Virus record (IMG/VR): IMGVR_UViG_3300024327_000003
Span: 1 to 64,000 of that record
Reading direction: 5' to 3' (one strand)
Origin: a virus
Length of the DNA stretch: 64,000 bases
The notes below the pieces were generated by a model, which worked only from the letters and a program-made list of their open reading frames with translations, was not told the DNA's origin and ran no database searches. Below are positions 48,737 to 58,137 of this stretch, piece after piece. The first letter of the stretch is position 1. The number at the start of each line of letters is the position of its first letter. Both the position numbers and the translations under genes were made by a program.

Positions 48737-48774
48737 TAATTATACCTAAATAGGGAATATTCTTCTACCTATAA

Positions 48775-49509
48775 TTATACACAATAGTAATCAGTTAAAC
48801 GTTGAATAACGAGTTGAACGTTATTATCGATATATGTTTCTTTTGGAGTCCACATTCCCATAGGAGCTCTAATACGCTCATTAACCGTTTCTTTAGTCAA
48901 TGTGGTTTGAAATACATATTTGAATCCTAAAGCTTCTTCTTGCGGAGTAACTTGAAATAATGGCGAATCAGCATTATCTTTAGTAAATTTAGCTAAAGCA
49001 AGTTTCTTAGATGAAATAACGTTAGTGAAATAACTTTCAATACCGTTATTCATCAATGAGCCTTTAACTTTAACAAGAGTCTCGGTCACCATTTCAGTCT
49101 CATTAAACAGATCTGCACTATGAGCTAAAAAAATTACATTCTTTGTTGATTTAGCTACTTTATCAGACATTAGTCTTTTAAAGAACTGAGCATAATTACC
49201 CCATGCTTTTCTACTTTCTTTTTCTCCTACAGTTAATACACGCGTAGTTTCATACAAATCTAGCATGTAAGTTAGGGTATCGATAATAATAGTATGAATG
49301 TCTTTTCGTTCTTCTGCTTGATCAAATGCTTGGTATATTACAGCGCAATCAGTAATAACAAGATTTTTAAAATCATTTTTAAATGGCAGTTTTTTACCCA
49401 TATCGCAATTTAGGTAAACGACTCCTGGTTGATTTTGTATATCTCTTAAACTGGCACTTTTACCCGTTGCGGATTTCCCACTGATCAATACCAAATGATC
49501 ATTTGTCAT
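48775..49509 (-). CDS. AAA_24/Sak4-like ATPase (N4 gp44-like)
   Basis: GKSATGKS, IIIDTLT, ERIRAPMG. Confidence 0.85.
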   Translation of the reverse strand: MTNDHLVLISGKSATGKSASLRDIQNQPGVVYLNCDMGKKLPFKNDFKNLVITDCAVIYQAFDQAEERKDIHTIIIDTLTYMLDLYETTRVLTVGEKESRKAWGNYAQFFKRLMSDKVAKSTKNVIFLAHSADLFNETEMVTETLVKVKGSLMNNGIESYFTNVISSKKLALAKFTKDNADSPLFQVTPQEEALGFKYVFQTTLTKETVNERIRAPMGMWTPKETYIDNNVQLVIQRLTDYYCV

Positions 49510-49684
49510 AATAAGTATTCTCCTTATGAATGATTTTATAGTTAGAAACGCAAAGCGGATTACAGAAGTAATATACTCCTATTTTCCAATAACCAACGTA
49601 GGCAGGAACTATTCGTCCTTGTATTAGCTGTGACCATTGACCATACCAAGGCTTATTACATTGCCGGCATCGGTAAATAATCAT
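49499..49684 (-). CDS. small Zn-binding protein
   Basis: CRQC...FCNPLC. Confidence 0.5.
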   Translation of the reverse strand: MIIYRCRQCNKPWYGQWSQLIQGRIVPAYVGYWKIGVYYFCNPLCVSNYKIIHKENTYYDK

Positions 49685-51844
49685 TTAATTGCCTCGTTTT
49701 TGAACCTCTTTACTAATAGATTTAACTGTACTATTTCTGAATTGCTGTTCAGGTAGGGGTGATTCTAATCCTTTATTAAAGTTCTCTAATCGTTCGATTA
49801 TTTCACCTAAAGCCAGGCCTGCATCTACCATCACCATTCCATATCTATATAGATGTGTGGCTCTATTGCCTTTAGATGTATGTGTCATAAACCAACGCTC
49901 GATGTTATTTACTCCAGTAGTTGAAATCGTTTCTTTAGTTTCATCAGAACGTTTAGTCTGTGGAATAAACATAGTGGCGTCAATAACGTTTCCTTCGTTA
50001 TATTCATAATGCCCTTTATGTGCTGCCCACTTTCTGGAGATATCTTTGGTAGCTTCATCTACAGGAAATGGTAACCATTCGAATACATTTGTCATAAATT
50101 TAGCGTATTCTTGAGGGCCTAATTGAAGACGATGAGATATAGGCAGAATAAGCCTAAATCTATTTTGCTCTGCAGTATGTCGTTTGGTAGTAGAAATTAA
50201 GAAGGCATAATCTTCTAATAAGACTTTAACAATAGAGATGCTTACATCTCCATCGCAGTCTAAAATAATAAGATCAAAGCCCGGGATAGCATTCTCACTC
50301 TTACGATGGCCATTCACGAATCCGTGTGCAGTGTAATGGTACCCCGGGGCAGTGGTCAATTTATGAAGCTTCTTAAATGGAGGATGACTAGTCTCATAAT
50401 CATAGGCAATATCTTTGCTAATTCCTGTCGTCATATGATTCAGATCTGTCTCCAGGAGAGTTTCTCCAGAAAAGAACTCGATATTGTCCGATGTACGCCT
50501 TCTGATGATGATATTGTTCTTATACCCAAAGGACATAGCTAACGTCATTATGTCCTTCCTCTGGGCTTCTGAGCCCTTATAGAAGGGCAATTCTTCCAAT
50601 AGCTCATGTTGGGTCACTTCGTTGTTACAATCGGCCAAATAGTGAGCTAAACGCTCATATGAGCCTTGTTTACGCATGAGGGTGTGGAAAGCTTCCCCGG
50701 AGTCCTCAACTACGCTAATAGCACAATCCAGATGGTTTTTAGTGACTTCTGTGGAATTGTCTGAAAATGCATACGCTCCAGCTAATTTAAGAGCTTTATA
50801 GTACCTGTGCATCATTTCAGCCTTATGGATACCCATATGCTCTCTGAAATTATCAGCCAGGGTTTCGCACCGTTCCTGATACTCAATTAAATAAATAGAA
50901 TTGACTTCAGACATTAGCAATACAGGATTAAATGGACGCTTAGCAAAATTAGCAAATGCTGTCTGAATAGCTTGCATTTCTGTAACTAAACTAACATCGA
51001 CCATTTGCTTATATCTGTCTTTAGCAGAAGCATATTTAATGCGATGAGTTTCTGTCGTATACCCAAATAGCAATCTACGAGCATATCCAGTTTCAAGAAA
51101 TTGCTTAAATTCTTCTTCAGTTCGGCCTCCATCTAATAGCTTGGTTGGGGTTCCGAACATCATAAGATTAGTGGGTGTATTACCAGGAAGCTCTTCAGAT
51201 CTAATATTTTCTACTGTATTCTTAATAAGCTTTTGCTTAATTAAGCCTACGTCGTAGAGCTCAAGAAATGCATTAAGAACGTCTACATTAGCAGACATAT
51301 TAGAGCCAATCTCATCCAGCTCTAAATTCATAGAGCCGGCTGAGGCTAGCAAAAGTTTCTCCCGCATCTGTTTGACCGCTGGAGCGGTTCCACTATCAAA
51401 GCTGAATGCTAACTCTCCTAAACGATCGAAATGTTTTTGAAACTTATCTTCTTGAATAGATGCTTCTTCTAATACATTGGCACATGTACTTTGACCGGCA
51501 TTAAATAATCTATGAGCAGCTTCCATAGCTAAAGATTGAATATGCTCTTCGGCTTTTCGAGGGAATACAACATTTAGAAATTCATGTTTAAAGTGAGCTA
51601 CAAATTCTCTTTCGAGAATATTAGTAGAATGTCCTTTACCTGCTCCAGATGGCATTAAATTTAATACATAGGTATTTACTGGTATGACGTCCCTATCGTT
51701 AGTCTGAATATTACAGCGCATCATTGAAGCTACTTTAGATAAGTAATACCCTGCTAGAATACGAAAATAATGCCTATTATTGTTATTCGTTTTACGAGTA
51801 AGGACATCGACTATTCTTTCAGCAAATGGATGGTATTTTTTCAT
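49685..51844 (-). CDS. DNA primase (N4 gp43-like)
   Basis: SGAGKG, DEIGSN, GYARR, LDCDG, TTKRH, FRLILP, GNR. Confidence 0.88.
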   Translation of the reverse strand: MKKYHPFAERIVDVLTRKTNNNNRHYFRILAGYYLSKVASMMRCNIQTNDRDVIPVNTYVLNLMPSGAGKGHSTNILEREFVAHFKHEFLNVVFPRKAEEHIQSLAMEAAHRLFNAGQSTCANVLEEASIQEDKFQKHFDRLGELAFSFDSGTAPAVKQMREKLLLASAGSMNLELDEIGSNMSANVDVLNAFLELYDVGLIKQKLIKNTVENIRSEELPGNTPTNLMMFGTPTKLLDGGRTEEEFKQFLETGYARRLLFGYTTETHRIKYASAKDRYKQMVDVSLVTEMQAIQTAFANFAKRPFNPVLLMSEVNSIYLIEYQERCETLADNFREHMGIHKAEMMHRYYKALKLAGAYAFSDNSTEVTKNHLDCAISVVEDSGEAFHTLMRKQGSYERLAHYLADCNNEVTQHELLEELPFYKGSEAQRKDIMTLAMSFGYKNNIIIRRRTSDNIEFFSGETLLETDLNHMTTGISKDIAYDYETSHPPFKKLHKLTTAPGYHYTAHGFVNGHRKSENAIPGFDLIILDCDGDVSISIVKVLLEDYAFLISTTKRHTAEQNRFRLILPISHRLQLGPQEYAKFMTNVFEWLPFPVDEATKDISRKWAAHKGHYEYNEGNVIDATMFIPQTKRSDETKETISTTGVNNIERWFMTHTSKGNRATHLYRYGMVMVDAGLALGEIIERLENFNKGLESPLPEQQFRNSTVKSISKEVQKRGN

Positions 51845-51851
51845 GTTATTC

Positions 51852-52277
51852 CTATTCGTCGATAGTTTTAAGAACTAGTTGTATGTCTCCGTCTTTTGCA
51901 ATGACATCAATAATAGCTTGTTTGCTAACTTCTCCAATTCCAGCCATCCATAATGAGGCAGAATGGTGCATAGTAAAACTGGGGTCAGGTCCTATATTAG
52001 GTTTCATTAATGTGCTTTCGCACATTTTTAAAAATTCACCAACTGTAATAGCTGCATTAGTTTGATTAAATGCCAAATCTTCTGGATGCCCTGCATAAAT
52101 ATGGGGCATACCTGGTGACCCTCCAGATGCAGTCATTACTAATAGTCCTTTACGCTCTCTCTTAAGAGCCTTAATCAAACTACCTAATGTCATCTGATTA
52201 TTGCCACGAGGTTTAGGCTTATATGAATGTAATTTTTTAAATAGTTCTTTTACATGTTTCTTTTTAGGTAGCCGCAT
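51852..52277 (-). CDS. hypothetical protein
   Basis: MTLGSLIKAL..DLAF phage-type motif. Confidence 0.65.
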   Translation of the reverse strand: MRLPKKKHVKELFKKLHSYKPKPRGNNQMTLGSLIKALKRERKGLLVMTASGGSPGMPHIYAGHPEDLAFNQTNAAITVGEFLKMCESTLMKPNIGPDPSFTMHHSASLWMAGIGEVSKQAIIDVIAKDGDIQLVLKTIDE

Positions 52278-52953
52278 GTGTTTTCTCCCAGGCTTCTAGA
52301 GATACTGGAGCTACTGATTTAGCTAATAGCAACATAGCTTCAGCATAAACCCTGATTTCATATTGAGCATGACTGTGACATCTCAATGTAAGAAATTTCA
52401 TAAAATTAAGAAGGTTTACTGTAGCAAACATATGACTGTAAGTAGCCAGAGGAAGTACACATCTAGCTAATTCACGAGGACATCCATCTTTTAGCATTTG
52501 TTTATATAGATGAAATGCTTGGCTATTAGATTCCATCATATGTGCTCGAAATACAGCAGCTTTAGGATTTTGTTCATCTGTACGCATTTGCTTATTGTCA
52601 GTAGATTGGGTAGTAATTTGCTCTGCTTGAGGAATATAAAATTCTTCAGGAAGTTCTTTATACCGTGCTGATAGCTCGTTATAGCTCCATGTTCTATGTC
52701 TATGCCATTGCCTATAGACAAAGATAGGAGCCTTAACTTCAAATGTAAGAGTGACTGATTCGAATGGAGTAGAATGTTTATTCTTCCAGAGATAATTAAT
52801 TAATTTAGTATCTCCTCCAGTATCATTACCAGCTCTCCATGCTGCATCATATGAGACTCTGGCAGATCGAACTACAGAAAGATCGTTTCCCATGAAATCC
52901 ACTAAACGTACGAAGCCGTGATCAAGTAAATCAATTTTATCATTCTTTTCCAC
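52264..52953 (-). CDS. thyX: FAD-dependent thymidylate synthase
   Basis: HSTPFE, RQWHRHRTWSYNELSARY, ELARCVLP, HAQYEIR. Confidence 0.95.
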   Translation of the reverse strand: MEKNDKIDLLDHGFVRLVDFMGNDLSVVRSARVSYDAAWRAGNDTGGDTKLINYLWKNKHSTPFESVTLTFEVKAPIFVYRQWHRHRTWSYNELSARYKELPEEFYIPQAEQITTQSTDNKQMRTDEQNPKAAVFRAHMMESNSQAFHLYKQMLKDGCPRELARCVLPLATYSHMFATVNLLNFMKFLTLRCHSHAQYEIRVYAEAMLLLAKSVAPVSLEAWEKTHAAT

Positions 52954-53134
52954 TATACCAATCTCCTTGATAAGGTTTAAAACACATTAAATATTCATAC
53001 CAGCGCCTAGTTGGGTATGATCTAAAATAATAACAATTTTGTATCTCAAGAAATACATCATCAAAGTATTTAAATAAATTATACGTTTCTTCTACATTAA
53101 AAAATTGTCTGCGGTTTAACCGCATGAAGGGCAA
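52940..53134 (-). CDS. hypothetical protein
   Basis: 64-aa ORF, AGGAG RBS. Confidence 0.5.
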   Translation of the reverse strand: MPFMRLNRRQFFNVEETYNLFKYFDDVFLEIQNCYYFRSYPTRRWYEYLMCFKPYQGDWYSGKE

Positions 53135-53334
53135 TCTCCTATCCTATTAGCTTCCATTTTTTCTAATAAATATGTTGTACGATGTTGTGGGGGAATTGAA
53201 TTTTCAATAGACCAGCTAGCTTGTCTTAGTATAGCTGCTGTATTAGCGTCGCTACTTCTTCTCATATAAACATCGGCGTCTAGACTAAGTCTTTCTGTAA
53301 TTCCAAATAAGAATACAGCTGTTGCATAATTCAT
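53116..53334 (-). CDS. hypothetical protein
   Basis: 72-aa ORF ending CPSCG; AAGGAG RBS. Confidence 0.55.
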   Translation of the reverse strand: MNYATAVFLFGITERLSLDADVYMRRSSDANTAAILRQASWSIENSIPPQHRTTYLLEKMEANRIGDCPSCG

Positions 53335-53348
53335 ATTAACTCCTTAAT

Positions 53349-53642
53349 TTATCAGGCGGACAGTGAGCTCCGCAACTGGATCTCTGTGCCTTTAATGGGC
53401 TGATAAGCCTAGGACTAGCTCTTACCCAACCTGGTAAAACTGATCTGCCAAAGTAACACACCATAAAGGATTCACAGCTACTGCTCCGGCGAGGTTGAGC
53501 GACCGATAGCGCTCTCCTGGCAGACCTTTAAATTAAGCAAAACTGGTCTCGACCAAATACGATTTCCCTAGTAGGAGCGGGTATAAGATAAAGACCAGTC
53601 TCCGCGTACAGACTGGACGGTTACGATCCGCAACCCGGTCTG
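53349..53642 (-). ncRNA. array of structured RNA domains downstream of tRNA
   Basis: about 300 nt GC-richer non-coding sequence with four closed stems. Confidence 0.45.
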
Positions 53643-53653
53643 ATAAAATATGA

Positions 53654-53726
53654 AGCCCTTAGATGGGTTCAAACCACCGACCTAAGCTTTACAAGAGCTT
53701 TGCTCTGCCAGCTGAGCTATAAGGGC
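53654..53726 (-). tRNA. tRNA-Thr(UGU)
   Basis: GCCCTTA/TAAGGGC acceptor, GCTC/GAGC D arm, AAGCT-CTTGTAA-AGCTT anticodon arm, T-loop TTTGAAC; 3' TCA rather than CCA. Confidence 0.88.
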
Positions 53727-53732
53727 AATAAA

Positions 53733-54722
53733 CTATAGTACTAAACGTCCACTTGCCAGCATTTCTTCTGCTTGATCGCAGACACCAACAACTGCACAAT
53801 ATTGACATGCTTTGACTTCGCCAGGAACAGTTTTAATGACACCGACATCGCCATCATTAGCTTTACGAGTTATAGCATCCTGTATATCATCAAAATTTTT
53901 GGTAGACCTAGACATCGAGTTAGGATTTTTATAGTACTTGTGCACCGTCTTAGAGGCCCATAATTCTTCATCTGTGCATTTTGGGAGCAAATCTTGAGTA
54001 GCATCAGCTAATTCTTGATATGCTTCGAGCCTATTCATGATCCAATGTTCGGTCTCTTCAGGTCCCCAAAGAGGATATTTTTTAGTTATACATCGTAGTT
54101 GAGGATACCCTTTCGGATCCTGTCTAGCGTTAGCAGCTGACCAATCTGTGAATATATAATTAATATTAATATACTCACTGGTAATTTTATCTTGATTAAG
54201 CCACTTATAAATACTGCCTTGTTTAATATGATTCTGGGCATTACTATCATAGATATAGCCCCAGACACTGCCAGTTTTATAATCGTTAACTACACCATGC
54301 ATAACTAAATCAAATTTACCTGTGACAACATAACCAATGATTTCTTTTTCTGTACGTTGCTCTACATAAATAGCAATTTCATCTTCTTTAACTGGCTTAT
54401 CAGGATTAATTCGAATACTCTCAATAGCTATATCAGATGCGCCCGCTAACTTAAGAGCTTTGGCAATATTATCCATATCTGTCCAAGCTTTTTCACAGCC
54501 ATCATGAATAGATGAGCCCATACGAGATGCTACTAGATCAGAAATATCTACTGTTTTAAGCAGTTGCTTGTTTTGCTGACTAAGTACTATCTGACGCATT
54601 GGTTTCATGAGACTCGTAGCGCTGATAGCATTAGATCTCTCGTCATAACCATAGTCGTCATACATTAAGAAGACTGCTAGAGCTAATGGAATATTATGTT
54701 TATTTGTGTAAGTAAATGCCAT
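53733..54722 (-). CDS. PD-(D/E)XK exonuclease (N4 gp42-like)
   Basis: SATSLMKP, GSSIHD, GKFD..DYKT, Q..IY, C-terminal Cys cluster. Confidence 0.85.
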   Translation of the reverse strand: MAFTYTNKHNIPLALAVFLMYDDYGYDERSNAISATSLMKPMRQIVLSQQNKQLLKTVDISDLVASRMGSSIHDGCEKAWTDMDNIAKALKLAGASDIAIESIRINPDKPVKEDEIAIYVEQRTEKEIIGYVVTGKFDLVMHGVVNDYKTGSVWGYIYDSNAQNHIKQGSIYKWLNQDKITSEYININYIFTDWSAANARQDPKGYPQLRCITKKYPLWGPEETEHWIMNRLEAYQELADATQDLLPKCTDEELWASKTVHKYYKNPNSMSRSTKNFDDIQDAITRKANDGDVGVIKTVPGEVKACQYCAVVGVCDQAEEMLASGRLVL

Positions 54723-54736
54723 AGTAATTCCTTATA

Positions 54737-56059
54737 TTAACCACCGTTTATATATACGTTTTTACTAGCTCGAGTAAGAGCAACATAGAGTAATCTGGCT
54801 TTAACAGCTGGGATATGACATTTATTAATATTTGTTCTATCTATGAATACGGCAGGAAATGTTCCACCTTGAGCTTTGTGAGTAGTACCAGCAAATGGTG
54901 GGCGTAGATCAGCTAAAGATTGCTTTAGTTCATAGAAATGTACCCAGGCTGCTTTAGATTTAGTTTTAATAGCCCTATCTTTATGCACATTAAGAACCTT
55001 ATCTACTGCTGCTTTATTTTTAGGAACAAATACTTTTTTCTTATCAGAACCATTAGCAGGATTAAAATCTCCGCGTACTGTTACAAAGTACCCGGGAATT
55101 TCAGCAAACTCTCCTTCTTCATACGAAATAACATGTACTGCTTCGTTATTTGTTAGAAGAGGACGTTCTCCCCGCATAACAACACTATTAGTAATTAATC
55201 TTTCGCCTACATAGAAAGGTTTGATAGTGTCTTCAAGGAAATACGCTGCCTTACGAATCATATTATTATAATTAATAGCAGATTCATTTGTGTAAGTACA
55301 GAGTGGCACATCTACTGGTGCTCCAGCAGAATAGTCTACATATTTATGAACGAATTTAGTAATAAATTCTGTATGAGGTAATATGTGAATACCTTCGCCT
55401 TTAGCGTTAATACATGTTTCTATTACTGGCTCAACATTACGAATACCTTCTATAAATTCACGGAACTCATTAGCCTTCTCGAGGATAGGATTACCTCCTG
55501 CTTGTCGATGGACTTGAGTAAGTGTGAAAGTTTGCAACGAGCCGTCAAAGATACTGCAAGTATCTGTAGGCGGCGGCAGTTGAAAGGGATCTCCTACAAA
55601 TAATATTTTTAGAGACCGTTTCTTAATGATATCTACAATAGCATGTAAGAATTTGTTCCCAATCATTGATGTCTCATCAATAATAAGAACAGATCCATAA
55701 GGAATATTGCACATCCCAGTACTTTTAAGAGTTTCTTTTCCAAATTTATCAAGACTAGGGCGTAACTTAAATAATGAATGAGCTGTCGTTACAGGCTCTC
55801 CTGAAATATCTCGAAGTACCATCGCAGCTCTATGAGTAGTAGCAGACAATTCAACATTAGTTTTTTGGGTATGTTGACTAATTCTATCAAGAATTTCCGT
55901 AACTACAGTAGTCTTACCAGTACCTGCTGACCCGGTAAGAACTGCTATGGCATGAGATTTATTAGAAGGATCAAGTAACGTACGACAAATACCGTCTACT
56001 GCATCAACCTGATCCTGTGAGAATTGGAAAGACATCTGTAATTTCCTTAAGAGTTGCAT
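54737..56059 (-). CDS. SF1B Dda/RecD-like DNA helicase (start probably 56035)
   Basis: GSAGTGKT, IIDETSM, GDPFQL, HRQ, THKAQG, YVALTRA. Confidence 0.92.
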   Translation of the reverse strand: MQLLRKLQMSFQFSQDQVDAVDGICRTLLDPSNKSHAIAVLTGSAGTGKTTVVTEILDRISQHTQKTNVELSATTHRAAMVLRDISGEPVTTAHSLFKLRPSLDKFGKETLKSTGMCNIPYGSVLIIDETSMIGNKFLHAIVDIIKKRSLKILFVGDPFQLPPPTDTCSIFDGSLQTFTLTQVHRQAGGNPILEKANEFREFIEGIRNVEPVIETCINAKGEGIHILPHTEFITKFVHKYVDYSAGAPVDVPLCTYTNESAINYNNMIRKAAYFLEDTIKPFYVGERLITNSVVMRGERPLLTNNEAVHVISYEEGEFAEIPGYFVTVRGDFNPANGSDKKKVFVPKNKAAVDKVLNVHKDRAIKTKSKAAWVHFYELKQSLADLRPPFAGTTHKAQGGTFPAVFIDRTNINKCHIPAVKARLLYVALTRASKNVYINGG

Positions 56060-56711
56060 TGTTATGTAATGGGACTAATTTATCCCAAGACTTACCGACT
56101 TCAAGTGAAGCTTTCATAGGAACATCTGTAGATCTAATTAGATCATTATCGTTCCATTCCATCTCCTCTATCAGTACATCATTTAAAAATTTAATATACT
56201 GAGGTTCTGCTTTTACTAAGAAATATCCTGCATCATGAATCATGTTACAGGGAAGAATAGCAGTTCCATGCCCAGCTTCTTCAATACGTCTATTAGCAGC
56301 AATGATTGCTCGATTAAGCAACATGCCCCATGACTGAGTTACTGCGTTATTAGCGCTACGTCCTTCGCTTTCAGCTTCATAGGGAGTTTTAGAATTTCCC
56401 ATTACGCACTGCGAAATAATCGGAGTTCTTAGCTTTAGTCCGAATGCACATTCTATATAGCCATGCTTCTCCATAAATTCTTTATTCTTCTTATTGAATT
56501 CCCCGGAGACCGCGTAGAGTTCATGAAATGATTTCTCTATCTGTTTAGCTTGTTCTTTAGGAAAGCCTGTTCGTTTATGCAATGTAAACCAGGTACCGTC
56601 GTATTGAAGAGCAAACGTAGGAGGCTTAGATTTAGTTCTAAGCTCTGAATATTTAGTAGCGATAGAATTAATTGTTCCAGCTAAATATTCTTCTTTAGTT
56701 ATAAGATTCAT
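56004..56711 (-). CDS. DNA polymerase A, fragment 3 (motifs B and C)
   Basis: RTKSKPPTFALQYDG, GRSANNAVTQS, IHDA. Confidence 0.9.
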   Translation of the reverse strand: MNLITKEEYLAGTINSIATKYSELRTKSKPPTFALQYDGTWFTLHKRTGFPKEQAKQIEKSFHELYAVSGEFNKKNKEFMEKHGYIECAFGLKLRTPIISQCVMGNSKTPYEAESEGRSANNAVTQSWGMLLNRAIIAANRRIEEAGHGTAILPCNMIHDAGYFLVKAEPQYIKFLNDVLIEEMEWNDNDLIRSTDVPMKASLEVGKSWDKLVPLHNNATLKEITDVFPILTGSG

Positions 56712-56719
56712 AAATACCT

Positions 56720-57298
56720 CTATTTAGGATATGAAATACTATTTTGTTTATCGTGAGGTAGCCAATTACGATAGATATCTATTGAATTGAATCCTTCTAG
56801 ATCACGTTTATCTTCTAAAAGTTGACTAACTTTAAGAGTTGCAGGTAATCCATAAGGTTCAAAATATAATCTAGCTGGATAGATTTGAATAAAAGAATTT
56901 AAATTTGTGAAATAAGCATAATAATATTCATCAGATTTACTATGTTTAGTTACTTCTACTTCAGCTATTTCAGGTACATCACACATTAATTGTGATAATT
57001 CAGATTCAGGAGAATTTGCTTTTATTTTTCCAAAACTTGAAAATGTAGAATTTAATGTTTGTATATCAACAGGATCAGTAAAAACTAATTCTGCATCGGC
57101 ATACATAAATATATTGTCATATTCCCCTGGAAATATAGTATCTGCTGGGTTTACATAATCATATCCTTGTGCTTCTATTCTTGAAGCAATAATAGTAGTT
57201 GACTGTTCTTTAGCCCATTCAAGTAATTTACATCTAATTTCATAAGTTACTGCAGGTTCTGATATAAAATTATTCACAACAATATTCTCCTTTATCAC
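56720..57298 (-). CDS. unknown protein inserted between polymerase fragments 2 and 3
   Basis: 192-aa AT-rich ORF, no recognised motif. Confidence 0.6.
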   Translation of the reverse strand: MIKENIVVNNFISEPAVTYEIRCKLLEWAKEQSTTIIASRIEAQGYDYVNPADTIFPGEYDNIFMYADAELVFTDPVDIQTLNSTFSSFGKIKANSPESELSQLMCDVPEIAEVEVTKHSKSDEYYYAYFTNLNSFIQIYPARLYFEPYGLPATLKVSQLLEDKRDLEGFNSIDIYRNWLPHDKQNSISYPK

Positions 57299-57656
57299 TT
57301 ATCCAGAATTTAGTAGCTGTTTTAGCTTTAGCTAGTGCAGAAGTAATATCTGGCATTTGATCAGCAAAATATTTGTAAGCCCTCATAGAATGGCCATCAT
57401 ATCCATCTGTATATACTTTAATCCTATTAGGATCTTGACTTAAAATAGCGCCAATACGCTCCTCAAGAGCTGAAAAATCAGCACCAGCAAAGAGCCAACC
57501 AGGATGGTATTCAAATGCTTCTTTAACTTGTTGTTGTAATTCAGACGGTAATGTATTAACTAGTGTTTCAAATTGTTCACAATCTTTTATTTCATTTCTT
57601 TTAATTAAAGAATTAATCTCTAACAGAGTATTAGATGTGCTGGTGCTGTAATTCAT
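57270..57656 (-). CDS. DNA polymerase A, fragment 2 (motif A)
   Basis: PGWLFAGADFSALEERI...GYDGHSMRA..YFADQMPD. Confidence 0.88.
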   Translation of the reverse strand: MNYSTSTSNTLLEINSLIKRNEIKDCEQFETLVNTLPSELQQQVKEAFEYHPGWLFAGADFSALEERIGAILSQDPNRIKVYTDGYDGHSMRAYKYFADQMPDITSALAKAKTATKFWISDKGEYCCE

Positions 57657-58134
57657 ATATTCTCAAATGCTCCTGCAAGTTATTATCAATAAAATATTGT
57701 TTACGGGCTTGATGAGCTTCTAATGCATCATCAAATTTACCGATTTCAATTCGTTTATTTTTAATAGTTACTCTAGCAAACCATTTTTCTTTTTTTTTAT
57801 GCCAATTAACTCCTACATATCCTGAGGTATTTTTAACAGTCATACCTCGATTACCTGCTTGGCATTCTGCAGGTATCCAAGTGCAATTTTTAGGAGTATA
57901 CCCAAACGTAAAATTTTTACGTTCAATAGTTAATTTGTCTGTGTATCCATTTAATAATGCCCAGGCCATAAATTCATTAGCGTTGTTTCTCCAATTGGGA
58001 CATACAGTAATACCTTTAGCTCCGTATTTGGAATACCCTGAGTAATTTGGGTTATGGCATCTACCGTTTATAGATTCCCATGTTCTAAATAACCTAGTGT
58101 CTTGTATTCTTGCGTACTGTCCCATAATAAGCAC
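57631..58134 (-). mobile_element. free-standing HNH-like/AP2 homing endonuclease
   Basis: YGAKGITVC, LTIERKN..GYTPKNCTW..QAGNR, AP2-like SGYVGV..WFAR..G.F. Confidence 0.85.
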
Positions 58135-58137
58135 CTC

